From Gammaproteobacteria bacterium (lineage in GTDB: Bacteria > Pseudomonadota > Gammaproteobacteria > UBA4575): a stretch of DNA of 64,000 bases. The stretch covers positions 449,482 through 513,481 of the forward strand of contig JAJDYY010000008.1 of NCBI GenBank assembly GCA_022824965.1, read 5' to 3'. The position numbers and the translations under genes are program-made. Positions 51,198-61,358 of the stretch are shown here, one piece after another; within the stretch, counting starts at the first letter, position 1, and each line of letters starts with the position of its first letter. The notes under the pieces were generated by a model. The model was not told where the DNA came from, made no database searches, and saw nothing but the letters and a program-made list of their open reading frames with translations.

Positions 51198-53198
51198 CTA
51201 TCTGTCAAGCATGGCCAGGGCGTGCTCGACGATACGATCGCTGGTAAAACCAAAATGCTGCATCACGGCTGGACCGGGTGCAGATGCCCCAAACGTGGAG
51301 ATTCCAATGGTATCCCCTTCAAGGCCTACATATTTCAGCCAGTAATCGGACACGCCCGCCTCAACGGCCAAACGACTCCTGACGGCACCGGGCAACACCG
51401 ATTCCCTGTATGCCTCATCCTGGGCATCAAACACATCCGTACTTGGCATGGAAACCAGCCGCACCTTCCTGCCCCGGCTGCTTAATTCTTCCGCAGCCTG
51501 CAGTGCGATTCCAAGCTCAGACCCGGTTGCAATCAGTATGATCTCCGGGACTGTGGAGCAATCGAGCAGGACATAGCCGCCCCTGGCAATGCAGGCGACC
51601 TGGTCTGCGCTACGCGGTATGAAAGGCAGGTTCTGGCGCGAGAAGACCAGGCTCGTGGGTCCGCTGTCGCGTTCGATCGCATATTTCCATGCGACCGCGG
51701 TTTCGACCGTATCCGCAGTACGCCATACCGACATGTTTGGGATATATCGAAGCGTGGCAAGCTGCTCTACGGCCTGGTGCGTCGGACCGTCTTCCCCGAG
51801 TCCGATCGAATCGTGGGTGTATACGAAAATGTTTCTCTGGCCCATCAGGGCTGCCATGCGCAGGGCATTGCGTGCATACTCCGAAAATACAAGAAAGGTG
51901 GCACTGTAGGGGATGAACCCGCCATGCAGGGCAATGCCGGTGTTGATCGCCGACATCCCGAACTCCCGCACACCATAGTAGATATAGTTTCCCGGCACCT
52001 GTTCCGTACTGATGGCCACCGAACCGGACCACCAGGTATTATTGGAGCCGGTCAGGTCCGCAGAACCTCCGATGATTTCGGGCAGAAGGCTTGCATACCC
52101 TTCCAGGGCGAGTTCCGAGGCCTTGCGCGTCGCAACGGTCTGTTCTTCGGCAACCGCCTTGGCGACTACCTCGTCCGATTCCGTGTCCCAGTCCGGTGGC
52201 AAGTCTCCCTGCATCCTTCTTGAAAACTGGGCGGCAAGCTCCGGGTGCTGCTGCTGGTAGTGTCCAAATTGCTCTTCCCACAGGGCCTGGCGTGCCCTGC
52301 CCTTTTCCGTGGCATCCCACTGGCTGTACACGGACTCGGGGATGTGGAAAGGCCGGTGCTCCCAGCCAATCCGGGCGCGCGCCTGTTCAATCTCCTGCTC
52401 GCCCAGTGGAGCACCGTGCGTGGCTGCCGTACCCTGCTTGTTCGGTGCGCCCCAGCCAATCACCGTTTTGCAGCAGATCAGCGTAGGACGGGTCAGCGCA
52501 TCCCTTGCATTCTCGATCGCCGTTTTGATCTGGGCGGTATCATGACCATCCACGTCTGCAATGACATGCCATCCGTAGGACTGAAACCGCTTCGGGGTAT
52601 CGTCTGTGAACCAGCCCGCGACCTCGCCGTCTATGGATATCCCGTTGTCATCGTAAAACACGATCAGCTTGCCTAGCCCGAGCGTTCCCGCAAGGGAGCA
52701 GGCCTCATGCGAGATTCCCTCCATCAGGCATCCATCACCCGCAAATACGTAGGTGTAGTGGTCGACAATGTCCAGATCACCCCGGTTGAAGGTCGCCGCC
52801 AGAACCTTTTCCGCCAGCGCCATGCCCACTGCATTGGCCAGACCCTGTCCCAGCGGGCCGGTCGTGGTTTCCACGCCAGGGGTGTCCCCGTACTCCGGAT
52901 GTCCCGGAGTCCTCGAATGCAGTTGCCGGAAGTTCCTGATCTCTTCCATGGAGACGTCATACCCGGTCAGATGCAACACCGAATACAACAACATGGAGCC
53001 ATGGCCGTTGGACAGAACGAAGCGGTCACGATCCGCCCACCCAGGATCGTTCGGATTGTGCTTCAGATAGTCATTCCACAGCACCTCGGCAATATCGGCC
53101 ATGCCCATCGGCATGCCGGGATGACCGGAGTTTGCACACTGCACCGCATCCATGCTCAATGCACGGATCGCATTGGCAAGCTCCAGGCGGTTCTCCAT
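51198..53198 (-). CDS. tkt: Transketolase
   Basis: TPP-binding and transketolase motifs ([26 protein letters not shown]...) and 666 aa. First gene of the tkt-gap-pgk-pyk-fba array. Confidence 0.95.
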   Translation of the reverse strand: MENRLELANAIRALSMDAVQCANSGHPGMPMGMADIAEVLWNDYLKHNPNDPGWADRDRFVLSNGHGSMLLYSVLHLTGYDVSMEEIRNFRQLHSRTPGHPEYGDTPGVETTTGPLGQGLANAVGMALAEKVLAATFNRGDLDIVDHYTYVFAGDGCLMEGISHEACSLAGTLGLGKLIVFYDDNGISIDGEVAGWFTDDTPKRFQSYGWHVIADVDGHDTAQIKTAIENARDALTRPTLICCKTVIGWGAPNKQGTAATHGAPLGEQEIEQARARIGWEHRPFHIPESVYSQWDATEKGRARQALWEEQFGHYQQQHPELAAQFSRRMQGDLPPDWDTESDEVVAKAVAEEQTVATRKASELALEGYASLLPEIIGGSADLTGSNNTWWSGSVAISTEQVPGNYIYYGVREFGMSAINTGIALHGGFIPYSATFLVFSEYARNALRMAALMGQRNIFVYTHDSIGLGEDGPTHQAVEQLATLRYIPNMSVWRTADTVETAVAWKYAIERDSGPTSLVFSRQNLPFIPRSADQVACIARGGYVLLDCSTVPEIILIATGSELGIALQAAEELSSRGRKVRLVSMPSTDVFDAQDEAYRESVLPGAVRSRLAVEAGVSDYWLKYVGLEGDTIGISTFGASAPGPAVMQHFGFTSDRIVEHALAMLDR

Positions 53199-53267
53199 CT
53201 AGGAGACTCCCGCCGACCTGTACAGCCTGGTGTCCATCAAAACCGCTTTCGTGATCGTCAATGTCCT

Positions 53268-53298
53268 AAATAGAAAAGGTCCTGCATGCCGCAGGACC
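53268..53298 (-). terminator. Candidate Rho-independent terminator downstream of the GPP34-P450 gene
   Basis: On the + strand, aaaaGGTCCTGCatgccGCAGGACC. Read on the - strand this is an 8-bp GC-rich stem followed by a U-run (uuuucuauuu). It lies about 285 nt past the stop, so the assignment is tentative. Confidence 0.4.
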
Positions 53299-53582
53299 CT
53301 GTAGTCCCATTTCCGGGGGCGCTATTGTGAAATACTTGCCCAGACAGGGCAATAGTCACTTGGCAGGCCGCTACAGGAAATCAGTCTGCTAAAGCCTCAA
53401 TCAGCGCGGAAACTTCTCTCAACGCGGCATCAAGCCAGATGTCTGATTTAAAGTAAATATCCCGTATGAAGATTTTTCAAAATCATGGCGCCGGGATGGA
53501 AAAACGGACGGAACGTAGGGGAATTTCTGTCCCTTTGCCGGCAGGGAGCGGGTATCGTTTTGTGCAAGATGGTCCGGACAGC

Positions 53583-55583
53583 TCAGGCCGGATCAAGCGG
53601 ATGGCGGTGCCTCACCACTCTGAATTTAAACTTCTTGTCGGGACTGAGCTTGGGCAGGGGGTTGATTCTGAGCTTGTAATCGGCCGGCACCATCTCCAGT
53701 TCCAGGTGGCGTGCAACCAGGAGCACGTTGATGGCCATCTGCAATTCGGTCCAGCGGGCACCACCACACATGTGCGTACCGACGCCGAAGGGTACGTACA
53801 CACCCGCAGCTTGCTTGTGCTCGTTTCTCGGTGGCGCATACCTTTCAATATCAAAGGTCTCCGGGTCCTTGAAGTATTTCTCGTCAAAATGAACTGCGGG
53901 AAAAGCGATCAGTATTGTACTGTAGGCCGGTATCTCCATGTCCTCGACCTCAAATGCGTTCATGGCGGTACGCAGGTGCATGGGGATCACCACATGCAAA
54001 CGTAACACCTCCATCACAAACCGGCGTGCCACATCGATCGTCGACGGATTGATTTTTTCGGCATCCGGATCTCCGTCGGCAAAGAGAGCATCCGCCTCAT
54101 CCGCAAGCTTGGCAAGCAAGTCCGGATTCGCCAGCATTTCATAAATTGCGAATGCCATGGCACTTCCCAGGTAGTGTCCGGCAATGATCGGTGCGATGAA
54201 CGCAAACCCAAGGTCGGTTTCCGGCAGGAACTGAGGATCGCCCTGGTGCAACTCCATTAGGTCATCCACCAGGTCCCGGCGTTTACCCTCCCGTTGCGCG
54301 GGCGTGTGCGTTGCGTGGATCTGTGCATACAGATCCAGAACGCGTGCATGGGCCCGCTTCATGGCCGGGGTGCGCAATGTGAACTTGGGCAGGATCCGGA
54401 ACACGTGAACGAGCAGAGCCCGGTATTCGAAGGCCAGCAACGCATCGAGTATGTCACCGGGATCGATGCTGACACTGAGCTGGGCAATCTGCTCACCGAT
54501 CAGTCGCTGGGACGCCATCTCCCCGGCGATCACGTTGCCCACTCCCCAGTTTGCAAACGTACGTCTGCCCATGGCCAGTACTTCTGCCATCCGGTCCTCG
54601 ACCACTGCCCGGGAATTGCCCGCCTGCACGGCCTTGCGCATGCGGAAGTGATCTGCACCATCCATGCTGGCAATCGACCGTGCGGTTCCCCACTCTCTTT
54701 GAAAGCCGCCAATATAATCCTGGGTGCGAAGGTAAAGGCGGCCCTTATGTCCGACCCAGCGATTCAACTCTGCACTGGCAAACACCACCATGTCGCGACC
54801 GCCGGCATTGATTCTGAAAACCGGTCCCAGTTCCCTGGCTTTTTCCGCCATGAACTTCGGCAGGTTTCCCGAACGAAACGTCTTCGATGAAAGCATGCCG
54901 AACAGTCCGAAGGTCGGCAGCGGCGGCCGCTGTACGGAACGAATACTTGCAGGGGGGCGATAGGAACTGCGTACGGCGGAAGCGATCGTCCGACCGATCA
55001 GGTCCATCCCGCTGAAAAGTTCGATGCGTTTCTCAGCGAGTTCGTATTCCTCGGGTTCCAGCAGGGCACGCATCCCGTCACAGCTGTTCATCAGGCCGAT
55101 GATGGCAAAGTCGCGGGGGTCCGGAATCTCGTCATCCAGCAGCGCCCGCGAAATCCTGCTCTTGATTTCTTCGCCGGTTTTGCCATCGACTGTCGGGTAG
55201 CGCCGTGAGCGGGCAACCTTGCCCGACAGGGACCAGAATCCGCCTTCATCGGCATTGAGTATGCCCATCTTCACCAGGCGATCGAGTGTCATGTTGCTGA
55301 TCTCATCCGAGCGCTTGGCGATGCGTTCGACCCAGTACTGGGGAGAATGTACCTGCTTGTCCTGGGCGATTTCCTCCAGCGTGGGATCCAGCAGAGGATC
55401 TCCGAGAGGCGTCGGATCGAGCAGGGTGAGCGTTTCGAGGTCCGAATCTATCCGGTTTTCGAATGAAAGGTCGATCAGCACGCTGCCGGCCAGCACGCAC
55501 GACATTTTCCACTCCGGGATGGGAATGAAATAGCCTGTCTTCTCGCTCAGCAACAACAGGAGTATTTCTTCAGCAAATCGCAT
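53583..55583 (-). CDS. Fusion protein: N-terminal GOLPH3/GPP34-like domain (about aa 1-205) plus C-terminal cytochrome P450 (about aa 215-666)
   Basis: The N-terminus aligns with GOLPH3/Vps74 family hallmarks (AEEILLLLLSEKTGY...CVLAGSVLIDLSFENRI...GDPLLD...QYWVERI...LVKMGIL...EEIKSRISRALLDD). The C-terminus has P450 K-helix ExxR (EVLRLH), a PERF-like FDIERY and the heme-thiolate loop FGVGTHMCGG. It is a single uninterrupted 666-codon frame. Confidence 0.75.
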   Translation of the reverse strand: MRFAEEILLLLLSEKTGYFIPIPEWKMSCVLAGSVLIDLSFENRIDSDLETLTLLDPTPLGDPLLDPTLEEIAQDKQVHSPQYWVERIAKRSDEISNMTLDRLVKMGILNADEGGFWSLSGKVARSRRYPTVDGKTGEEIKSRISRALLDDEIPDPRDFAIIGLMNSCDGMRALLEPEEYELAEKRIELFSGMDLIGRTIASAVRSSYRPPASIRSVQRPPLPTFGLFGMLSSKTFRSGNLPKFMAEKARELGPVFRINAGGRDMVVFASAELNRWVGHKGRLYLRTQDYIGGFQREWGTARSIASMDGADHFRMRKAVQAGNSRAVVEDRMAEVLAMGRRTFANWGVGNVIAGEMASQRLIGEQIAQLSVSIDPGDILDALLAFEYRALLVHVFRILPKFTLRTPAMKRAHARVLDLYAQIHATHTPAQREGKRRDLVDDLMELHQGDPQFLPETDLGFAFIAPIIAGHYLGSAMAFAIYEMLANPDLLAKLADEADALFADGDPDAEKINPSTIDVARRFVMEVLRLHVVIPMHLRTAMNAFEVEDMEIPAYSTILIAFPAVHFDEKYFKDPETFDIERYAPPRNEHKQAAGVYVPFGVGTHMCGGARWTELQMAINVLLVARHLELEMVPADYKLRINPLPKLSPDKKFKFRVVRHRHPLDPA

Positions 55584-55648
55584 GTCTCATGCCCTCTTCC
55601 GGGAACCCGAAACTTTAAAACAAAACAGAATCCGTGTCTTCAAAGAAT

Positions 55649-56686
55649 CTACACTTCCACTGAGCGCAGGTTTCTTTGCTGCGAGTGCCCATCCTGGTGC
55701 TGCGGATAGAACTGTTCGCAATACCTTCTGTAGAGCGCAATCTCGCCATCAGCACGGCATAACTGCGGACGGGATCGGTAGCGTTTTCGACTCCATATCA
55801 CGACATCCTGCAAGACATCGCGTTTTTGTGTCGATGCAATGATCTTGTTATAGATTTTTGTTCGCAACCCCACAGGAAGGAAGCGCATGCCGATAATCGG
55901 CCGCTTCGGTCTGCGCATTTCCCGCAACTGTCCCACCAGGGTCAAGTCAATGAGTGTCCCGTCAACGGGTGTGGCCAGGACCCACAGCCTCGCATCCATG
56001 CCCAGGGTGCGTTCATGAATCTGCACAAACGAGTAACCCAGCCCGAAGACATGCGTGATGGCAGAAACATCAAATACGAAATTCAGGATGCCTGCGATGT
56101 TCCGGGTCCGCTTGAAATCAAAGCAGCTTTCAAGGCATGGGCCATTCACGGATACCGATGCTGTCCGGCAGACGTTGCTGTAGCCATGCACATAGCGCAA
56201 GTGCGCCAGATCCACCGAGTTTTCAGTTGTTTCCTGAGGATGGCCGGGAAATCGCATGCCCCTGAATTCCAGCTCGCTCCAGTCGGAGCCGGTTGGAGGG
56301 TCTTCGGGAAGGCTCCATGATGAAGACAGCCCATGATTTCCCCACCAGGCGAAAACAAGACCCAGAAGCTCGCGCGTTTCAAACACCTTCAGTTTCGCGG
56401 ACCGGGGCGCAGGGGCAAAGGGAGTGGCTACACACTGGCCGCCCGCATCATATTCAAATCCATGAAACGGGCAAACAAGACGGCCATTTCGCACCTTTCC
56501 TCCAGCCTCTGGGCCCAGTTCCGAACCCAGGTGCGGGCACACGGATTCAGCTACGCAAATCTGCCCTTCCGCGTCACACCAAGCGACTATTTCCTGGCCC
56601 AGCCAAGTTTTCTGAATCAACTTCTTCTTGACAATGGATTGACGGCTGGCCACGAAATACCAGCCCTCGGGAAATGGGAACAGCAA
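55649..56686 (-). CDS. Rieske [2Fe-2S] non-heme iron oxygenase, compact single-subunit type (KshA/PAO/Neverland-like)
   Basis: Rieske motif CPHLG-x17-CPFHG (aa 50-75), mononuclear Fe motif D159-x2-H162-x4-H167 (DLAHLRYVH) and 345 aa. Confidence 0.8.
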   Translation of the reverse strand: MLFPFPEGWYFVASRQSIVKKKLIQKTWLGQEIVAWCDAEGQICVAESVCPHLGSELGPEAGGKVRNGRLVCPFHGFEYDAGGQCVATPFAPAPRSAKLKVFETRELLGLVFAWWGNHGLSSSWSLPEDPPTGSDWSELEFRGMRFPGHPQETTENSVDLAHLRYVHGYSNVCRTASVSVNGPCLESCFDFKRTRNIAGILNFVFDVSAITHVFGLGYSFVQIHERTLGMDARLWVLATPVDGTLIDLTLVGQLREMRRPKRPIIGMRFLPVGLRTKIYNKIIASTQKRDVLQDVVIWSRKRYRSRPQLCRADGEIALYRRYCEQFYPQHQDGHSQQRNLRSVEV

Positions 56687-56904
56687 TGGAGAATTAGTGC
56701 TCTCGGCTTGAGTGACCTACATATTTCATTGGATGCCTAACAGTTTGCAAGCTCATCCAGGTGCTGTGATCAACTAAAGATACCACATTCATGATGTCCA
56801 AGAGCACGGCTCCACAGCAACGTTAGCCCATACCCTGCCAAGATCATTGCTAAACCCGTGTTTGCGAGAAGCACAGTGCAGGCGTACAGGACTGCCTGCA
56901 GAAT

Positions 56905-59900
56905 TTAATCGGCGGTGCGGGATGCAGCCGTAGTGGTGGGAATACCTGCTTCAGTGCCTTTCATCCGCCTGCGCAGGTGAATCGACATCAGCGCAGGGAT
57001 GACCATCATCAGGATGGCCGTGGTGATCATGATCCCAAACCCGAGCGATGCGGCAAAAGGCACCAGGAACTGGGCTTGAATGGAACGTTCAAGAATGAGT
57101 GGCGTAAAGCCGAGAAATGTGGTCACGGAGGTCAGCAAAATCGGACGGAACCTTCCTTTCGCACCCTCAATGATTGCACTTCGGGCAGGCGAGCCTTCAT
57201 CAAGCTTCTGGTCGATAAAGTCGATCATCACCAGAGAGTCATTCACAACTACCCCGCTCAGGCCGAAGATACCCATGAATGAAGCGGCACTCATGGCAAC
57301 GCCCAACACCCAGTGGCCGAGGATCGCACCGATCAGCCCAAAAGGGATTACGGCCATGATGATAAACGGTTTGGTATAGGAGCGCAGGGGGATGGCGAGC
57401 AGTGCGAAGATCATCAGCAAAGCGAGTACGAAACCACGATTCAGCGAGTCCAGAGACTCCATCTGCTGCTGCTGTTCACCCCCAAACGTGTAGGTCAGGT
57501 CCGGGTACTCTGCCGTGAGACCCGTGAGAATTGAATTGGCTAGAATACTGTTAGCTTCTCCACTAGATATCATTGTTTGATCCACATCCGCGGTCACTGT
57601 GACGACACGTTGCCCGTCTTTGCGTCGAATCGAGGGCGGCGAGATACCCGATTTGAGCTGAGCCACTTGGCTTAACGGGACCTCTGCTCCGCTCGGTGTG
57701 TGGATCAGGTACCCTTCAATGTCGGTAATGGCATTGCGTTCATTGGCCGGTAGCCGCACATACACGCGGACCTCTTCACGGCCCCGTTGAACCCTCAAGG
57801 CCTCGGCACCGAAGAACGCAGAACGGGCCTGCTGAGCCAGTTCCTCAAGTGTGAGCCCGAGCGTTCGCGCTTCGGGGCGCAACTCGATCTGGATTTCCCG
57901 GATTCCAGGGGAGTGGTCGGAGCGTACGTCAAAGACTCCACCTATTGCACGCAGGCTGGCGACCATGGAGCTCGCAATATCGGCCAAGCGCTTCGGGTCG
58001 GGATGCGACAATACGGCCTCGACAGGATTGCCAAGATCAATAATCTCGCCGCTGAAGGCGAGACCCCGGACATAGGGAAGCACACCGACCTCTTCCCGCC
58101 ATGCATCCACCACCGCGCCTGTGGAAATCTCGCGCTGCTGTGCGCCCAGCAATTTGAATTCTATGGTGGCAATATTGGCTTGCGGATTGAGTGTGGGCTC
58201 AGGCACCAGTCCGCCACCCTCTACACGCGGCCCCTGACCGACGGTCACGGTCACCCCGGAAAGCAAGGAAGGCGAACCCTCGGCCCGCTCTCGAGAAAGC
58301 CGTTCGATCGCCCGGTGACCCGCGGTCTCAAGCTCTCTCGCCACCTCGTACGTCCTCTGCGCGGTCGTGCCATCAGGCATTTCCAGACTGGCCGTCACGA
58401 AGTCTCCTTCAACCACATCAGCAAAGGTCGTCTTGACGATCCCCGCAGGCAACAGGGATATACTGACGATGAGCAGCCCGATGGCGCCAGCAACGGTCAC
58501 CACGGGCTGAGCCGTCGCAAAATGCAGGGCGCGGTCCAGGGGGCCTTTCAGAAATTTGCTGACCGCCTGATCGACCAGGCCCTGGGCCTGGGCAAAAAAA
58601 CGTTCAACGGGACCCGTGGGTACATGATCCGGTCCATGCAGATGGGACAGGTGATTGGGCAAGATCAGCAATGACTCGACCAGGGAAATCAGCAGCATGG
58701 CAATGATGATCACGGGCAGGGCGCCCCAGATTTCCCCGATCCCCCCGGGAATAAAGAGCAGCGGGGTGAACGCCGCGACCGAGGTGAGAACGGCAAACGT
58801 CAGGGGTATCTTGATTCGCCGTGCCCCGCGAATGGCCGCCGCTACCCCCGCTGTACCGCGCTTGCGCTCGTAGTGGATATGTTCTGACACCACGATCGCG
58901 TCATCGACCACGATGCCGATCGCTAGAACGAACGCGAACAGGGATATGGTGTTGATCGCAATGTCGAGCGCCAGCATGACTGCCAGGGCACCAATGCCTG
59001 AAACCGCCAGGCCGGCGGCAACCCACACGGCGAGCCGGATTTCCATAAACAGAGCCAATGCAATGAATACCAGGAGCAGCCCCAGTGAGCCGTTTTTTAC
59101 AAGCAGGTCGACACGTTCCGCATAGGACTGGGATTCATCGTTCCAGATGGTGACCCCCACACCTTCAGGAAGGGAGGGGATGATCACATTTGCGACATGG
59201 TCCTGTACGGCGGTCGCAACATCCATCACCTGTTCCCCGTCGGACCGGTAGACCTCAACGAAGGCAGCAGGCTGATTTTGGTGCCGGACGATCAAGTCCG
59301 TGTCCTGGAAGCCGTCGCGGACCACGGCAATATCACCCAGGCGGACGACAGTACCGTCGCTGCGGCTCAGAACCACGATGTCTTCGAAATCCTGTTGATC
59401 GTAGCGCTGTCCAAGCGTACGCACCCGCACCTGCGCCTCCTGCGTTTCGATACTGCCCGCCGACAGGTCCAGGGAGCCATGGCGAATGGTGTCTGCGATG
59501 CTTGTCAGGGTCAGGCCCAGGGCACGCAGGCGCTGCTGTGGTACTTCGATGGAGATTTCATAATCCCGAACACCGCTGGTATCCACCGATGACACGGCAT
59601 CAAGCGAAGCGAGTTCATCCTCGACCCGGTGTGCCAGCTCCTTGAGTGAGCGTTCAGAAGCATTACCGTAGACAATGAGACGAATCACGCTTTGCCGATT
59701 GGTCATTTCCCTGAACTCCGCACGCTCTGCCCCGCCTGGGAAGGACTGGATGCGACCTACCGCAGATTTGATATCATCCAGTGCCCGGCCGATATCCGTA
59801 CCCGATTTCAGCTCGATTCGGATGGATGCCATCCCCGGAGCCGCCACGGACTTCACTCTCTTGATGTCATCCAGCGAGTTGACCTGCTCCTCGATCTTGA

Positions 59901-60126
59901 CGATGATCGATTCTTCCACCTCCTCGGGCGTGGCACCCGGATAGGCCATGGACACCTCGATCGTGTTGAAGGGCAAGGTGGGCCAGGCCTCACGCTCAAG
60001 ACCGGTCAGCGCTACCAGGCCGGCTGCAAGTATGGCGACCATGAACAGGTTGGCAGCGACACTGTTGCCCGCCATATAGGCGATCGGTCCGCCTGGCTCA
60101 CCCGGATGACTGGCGCTGCGGCTCAT
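56905..60126 (-). CDS. RND efflux transporter inner-membrane permease (AcrB/HAE-type)
   Basis: About 1050 aa with twelve transmembrane helices and two large periplasmic loops; RND family N-terminus (NLFMVAILAAGLVALTGLEREAWP...). The probable start is the Met at 60075. Confidence 0.9.
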   Translation of the reverse strand: MSRSASHPGEPGGPIAYMAGNSVAANLFMVAILAAGLVALTGLEREAWPTLPFNTIEVSMAYPGATPEEVEESIIVKIEEQVNSLDDIKRVKSVAAPGMASIRIELKSGTDIGRALDDIKSAVGRIQSFPGGAERAEFREMTNRQSVIRLIVYGNASERSLKELAHRVEDELASLDAVSSVDTSGVRDYEISIEVPQQRLRALGLTLTSIADTIRHGSLDLSAGSIETQEAQVRVRTLGQRYDQQDFEDIVVLSRSDGTVVRLGDIAVVRDGFQDTDLIVRHQNQPAAFVEVYRSDGEQVMDVATAVQDHVANVIIPSLPEGVGVTIWNDESQSYAERVDLLVKNGSLGLLLVFIALALFMEIRLAVWVAAGLAVSGIGALAVMLALDIAINTISLFAFVLAIGIVVDDAIVVSEHIHYERKRGTAGVAAAIRGARRIKIPLTFAVLTSVAAFTPLLFIPGGIGEIWGALPVIIIAMLLISLVESLLILPNHLSHLHGPDHVPTGPVERFFAQAQGLVDQAVSKFLKGPLDRALHFATAQPVVTVAGAIGLLIVSISLLPAGIVKTTFADVVEGDFVTASLEMPDGTTAQRTYEVARELETAGHRAIERLSRERAEGSPSLLSGVTVTVGQGPRVEGGGLVPEPTLNPQANIATIEFKLLGAQQREISTGAVVDAWREEVGVLPYVRGLAFSGEIIDLGNPVEAVLSHPDPKRLADIASSMVASLRAIGGVFDVRSDHSPGIREIQIELRPEARTLGLTLEELAQQARSAFFGAEALRVQRGREEVRVYVRLPANERNAITDIEGYLIHTPSGAEVPLSQVAQLKSGISPPSIRRKDGQRVVTVTADVDQTMISSGEANSILANSILTGLTAEYPDLTYTFGGEQQQQMESLDSLNRGFVLALLMIFALLAIPLRSYTKPFIIMAVIPFGLIGAILGHWVLGVAMSAASFMGIFGLSGVVVNDSLVMIDFIDQKLDEGSPARSAIIEGAKGRFRPILLTSVTTFLGFTPLILERSIQAQFLVPFAASLGFGIMITTAILMMVIPALMSIHLRRRMKGTEAGIPTTTAASRTAD

Positions 60127-61352
60127 GGTCTCGAGCCGGCCTCGCTGCGAACCATCATGCCCTCGGTCGCAAACTGGATTCCCCCGGTGATGACTGCAAG
60201 ACCTTCCTCCAGGGCCCCCGTTACAAAAACTTCATCGTCGCCGCGCTGCAGCACCTGTACCGGGACAATTCCGACCGACTGGTTTTCGCGAACCACCCAT
60301 AACTCGTTGTTCGATTGCAATGCGGAACGCGGTACCTGGAAATAGCTTTCGGGGGTGATGCCCTGGATCTCTATTTCCACAAATTTGCCGATCAGCAGCG
60401 GGGGGGCATGCTCGGGACGCGCCGCGCCCTGCACCTGCTCACTCCTGGAAAAGGGGTCCGGCACCCGCACGACCACGTCAATGGTTCGTGTCTGCTTGTC
60501 CAGCGAGGCTTCGGCCCGATCGACGTAGCCGTTCCACGCAAAGCTTTCATCGCCGAATCGGGCAATCACGCGCGCAGGCACCTGCCGTTTGCCATTCCCC
60601 TTCTGCAGTTTCCACAGCCCGGGGATCAAGGCCGTGCTGGCATCGGAAAGAGGGATCACCACTTCGACAGCATCGGCAGCGAACAGTCGTCCCACTGACT
60701 TGCCCACCGACAGGAACTGTCCCTTGTCCACGAACTCTTCGCGTACATAGCCATCAAAAGGTGCATTCACCTTCGTCCTGGACAAAGCCAGCCTAGCTTC
60801 TGCCACCCTGGCTTCCTCGCGCTTGAGTGCCGCCTGAGCCGCCTTCAACTGGGGTTCGCGCAACACCAGGGGGCTCGCCTGGTCCACCGTGGCCCCGGAC
60901 TCAAGCTGTCGCCCTGAATACTGCTCGTATTCACTGCGTGCCACCGCTGCCAGTTCCTGGGCCTCGAGAAGTGCCACTTTTCGGTCTTCAAGGTCGGCCA
61001 TGGCCTCGCGAAGGCGATACTGGTAGTCCGCCTGTTCAATGCGGAACATCGTCTCGCCGGCCTTGAGTCGCCCGCCACTGTGGAAATTCGGATTCACCCA
61101 GTCGACCCTGCCTCTGACTTGCGGGGTGACATCGATCTCGGCACTGGGCCGCACCGTACCGGCCCCGTACACGGGGATAGCCCCCTGCCCGGACATCACC
61201 CGGGCCGTGTGTACAAACGGAATCTGGGGCGGCTGTTCACGACGCTCCGGCTCAGGGGCCAGGGACACCAGAATGGATGCCAGCACCACCGCGCCAGCCA
61301 GAATTCCTGCGGCAACCAGGTAACCTTTCAGTTTGTTCTTCAGTCTGTTCAT
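60123..61352 (-). CDS. RND efflux periplasmic adaptor (membrane fusion protein)
   Basis: N-terminal membrane anchor, coiled-coil hairpin and beta-barrel/MP domains (HlyD/AcrA-like). 4-nt overlap with the RND gene. Confidence 0.85.
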   Translation of the reverse strand: MNRLKNKLKGYLVAAGILAGAVVLASILVSLAPEPERREQPPQIPFVHTARVMSGQGAIPVYGAGTVRPSAEIDVTPQVRGRVDWVNPNFHSGGRLKAGETMFRIEQADYQYRLREAMADLEDRKVALLEAQELAAVARSEYEQYSGRQLESGATVDQASPLVLREPQLKAAQAALKREEARVAEARLALSRTKVNAPFDGYVREEFVDKGQFLSVGKSVGRLFAADAVEVVIPLSDASTALIPGLWKLQKGNGKRQVPARVIARFGDESFAWNGYVDRAEASLDKQTRTIDVVVRVPDPFSRSEQVQGAARPEHAPPLLIGKFVEIEIQGITPESYFQVPRSALQSNNELWVVRENQSVGIVPVQVLQRGDDEVFVTGALEEGLAVITGGIQFATEGMMVRSEAGSRP

Positions 61353-61358
61353 GCTGAT

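Noticed and set aside
56687-56904. Hairpin GCAGGC-N10-GCCTGC just after the RND stop, considered as an internal terminator separating the pump from the oxygenases
   Set aside because: The stem is only 6 bp with a long loop and no U-tract. This is insufficient to claim termination, so co-transcription remains possible.
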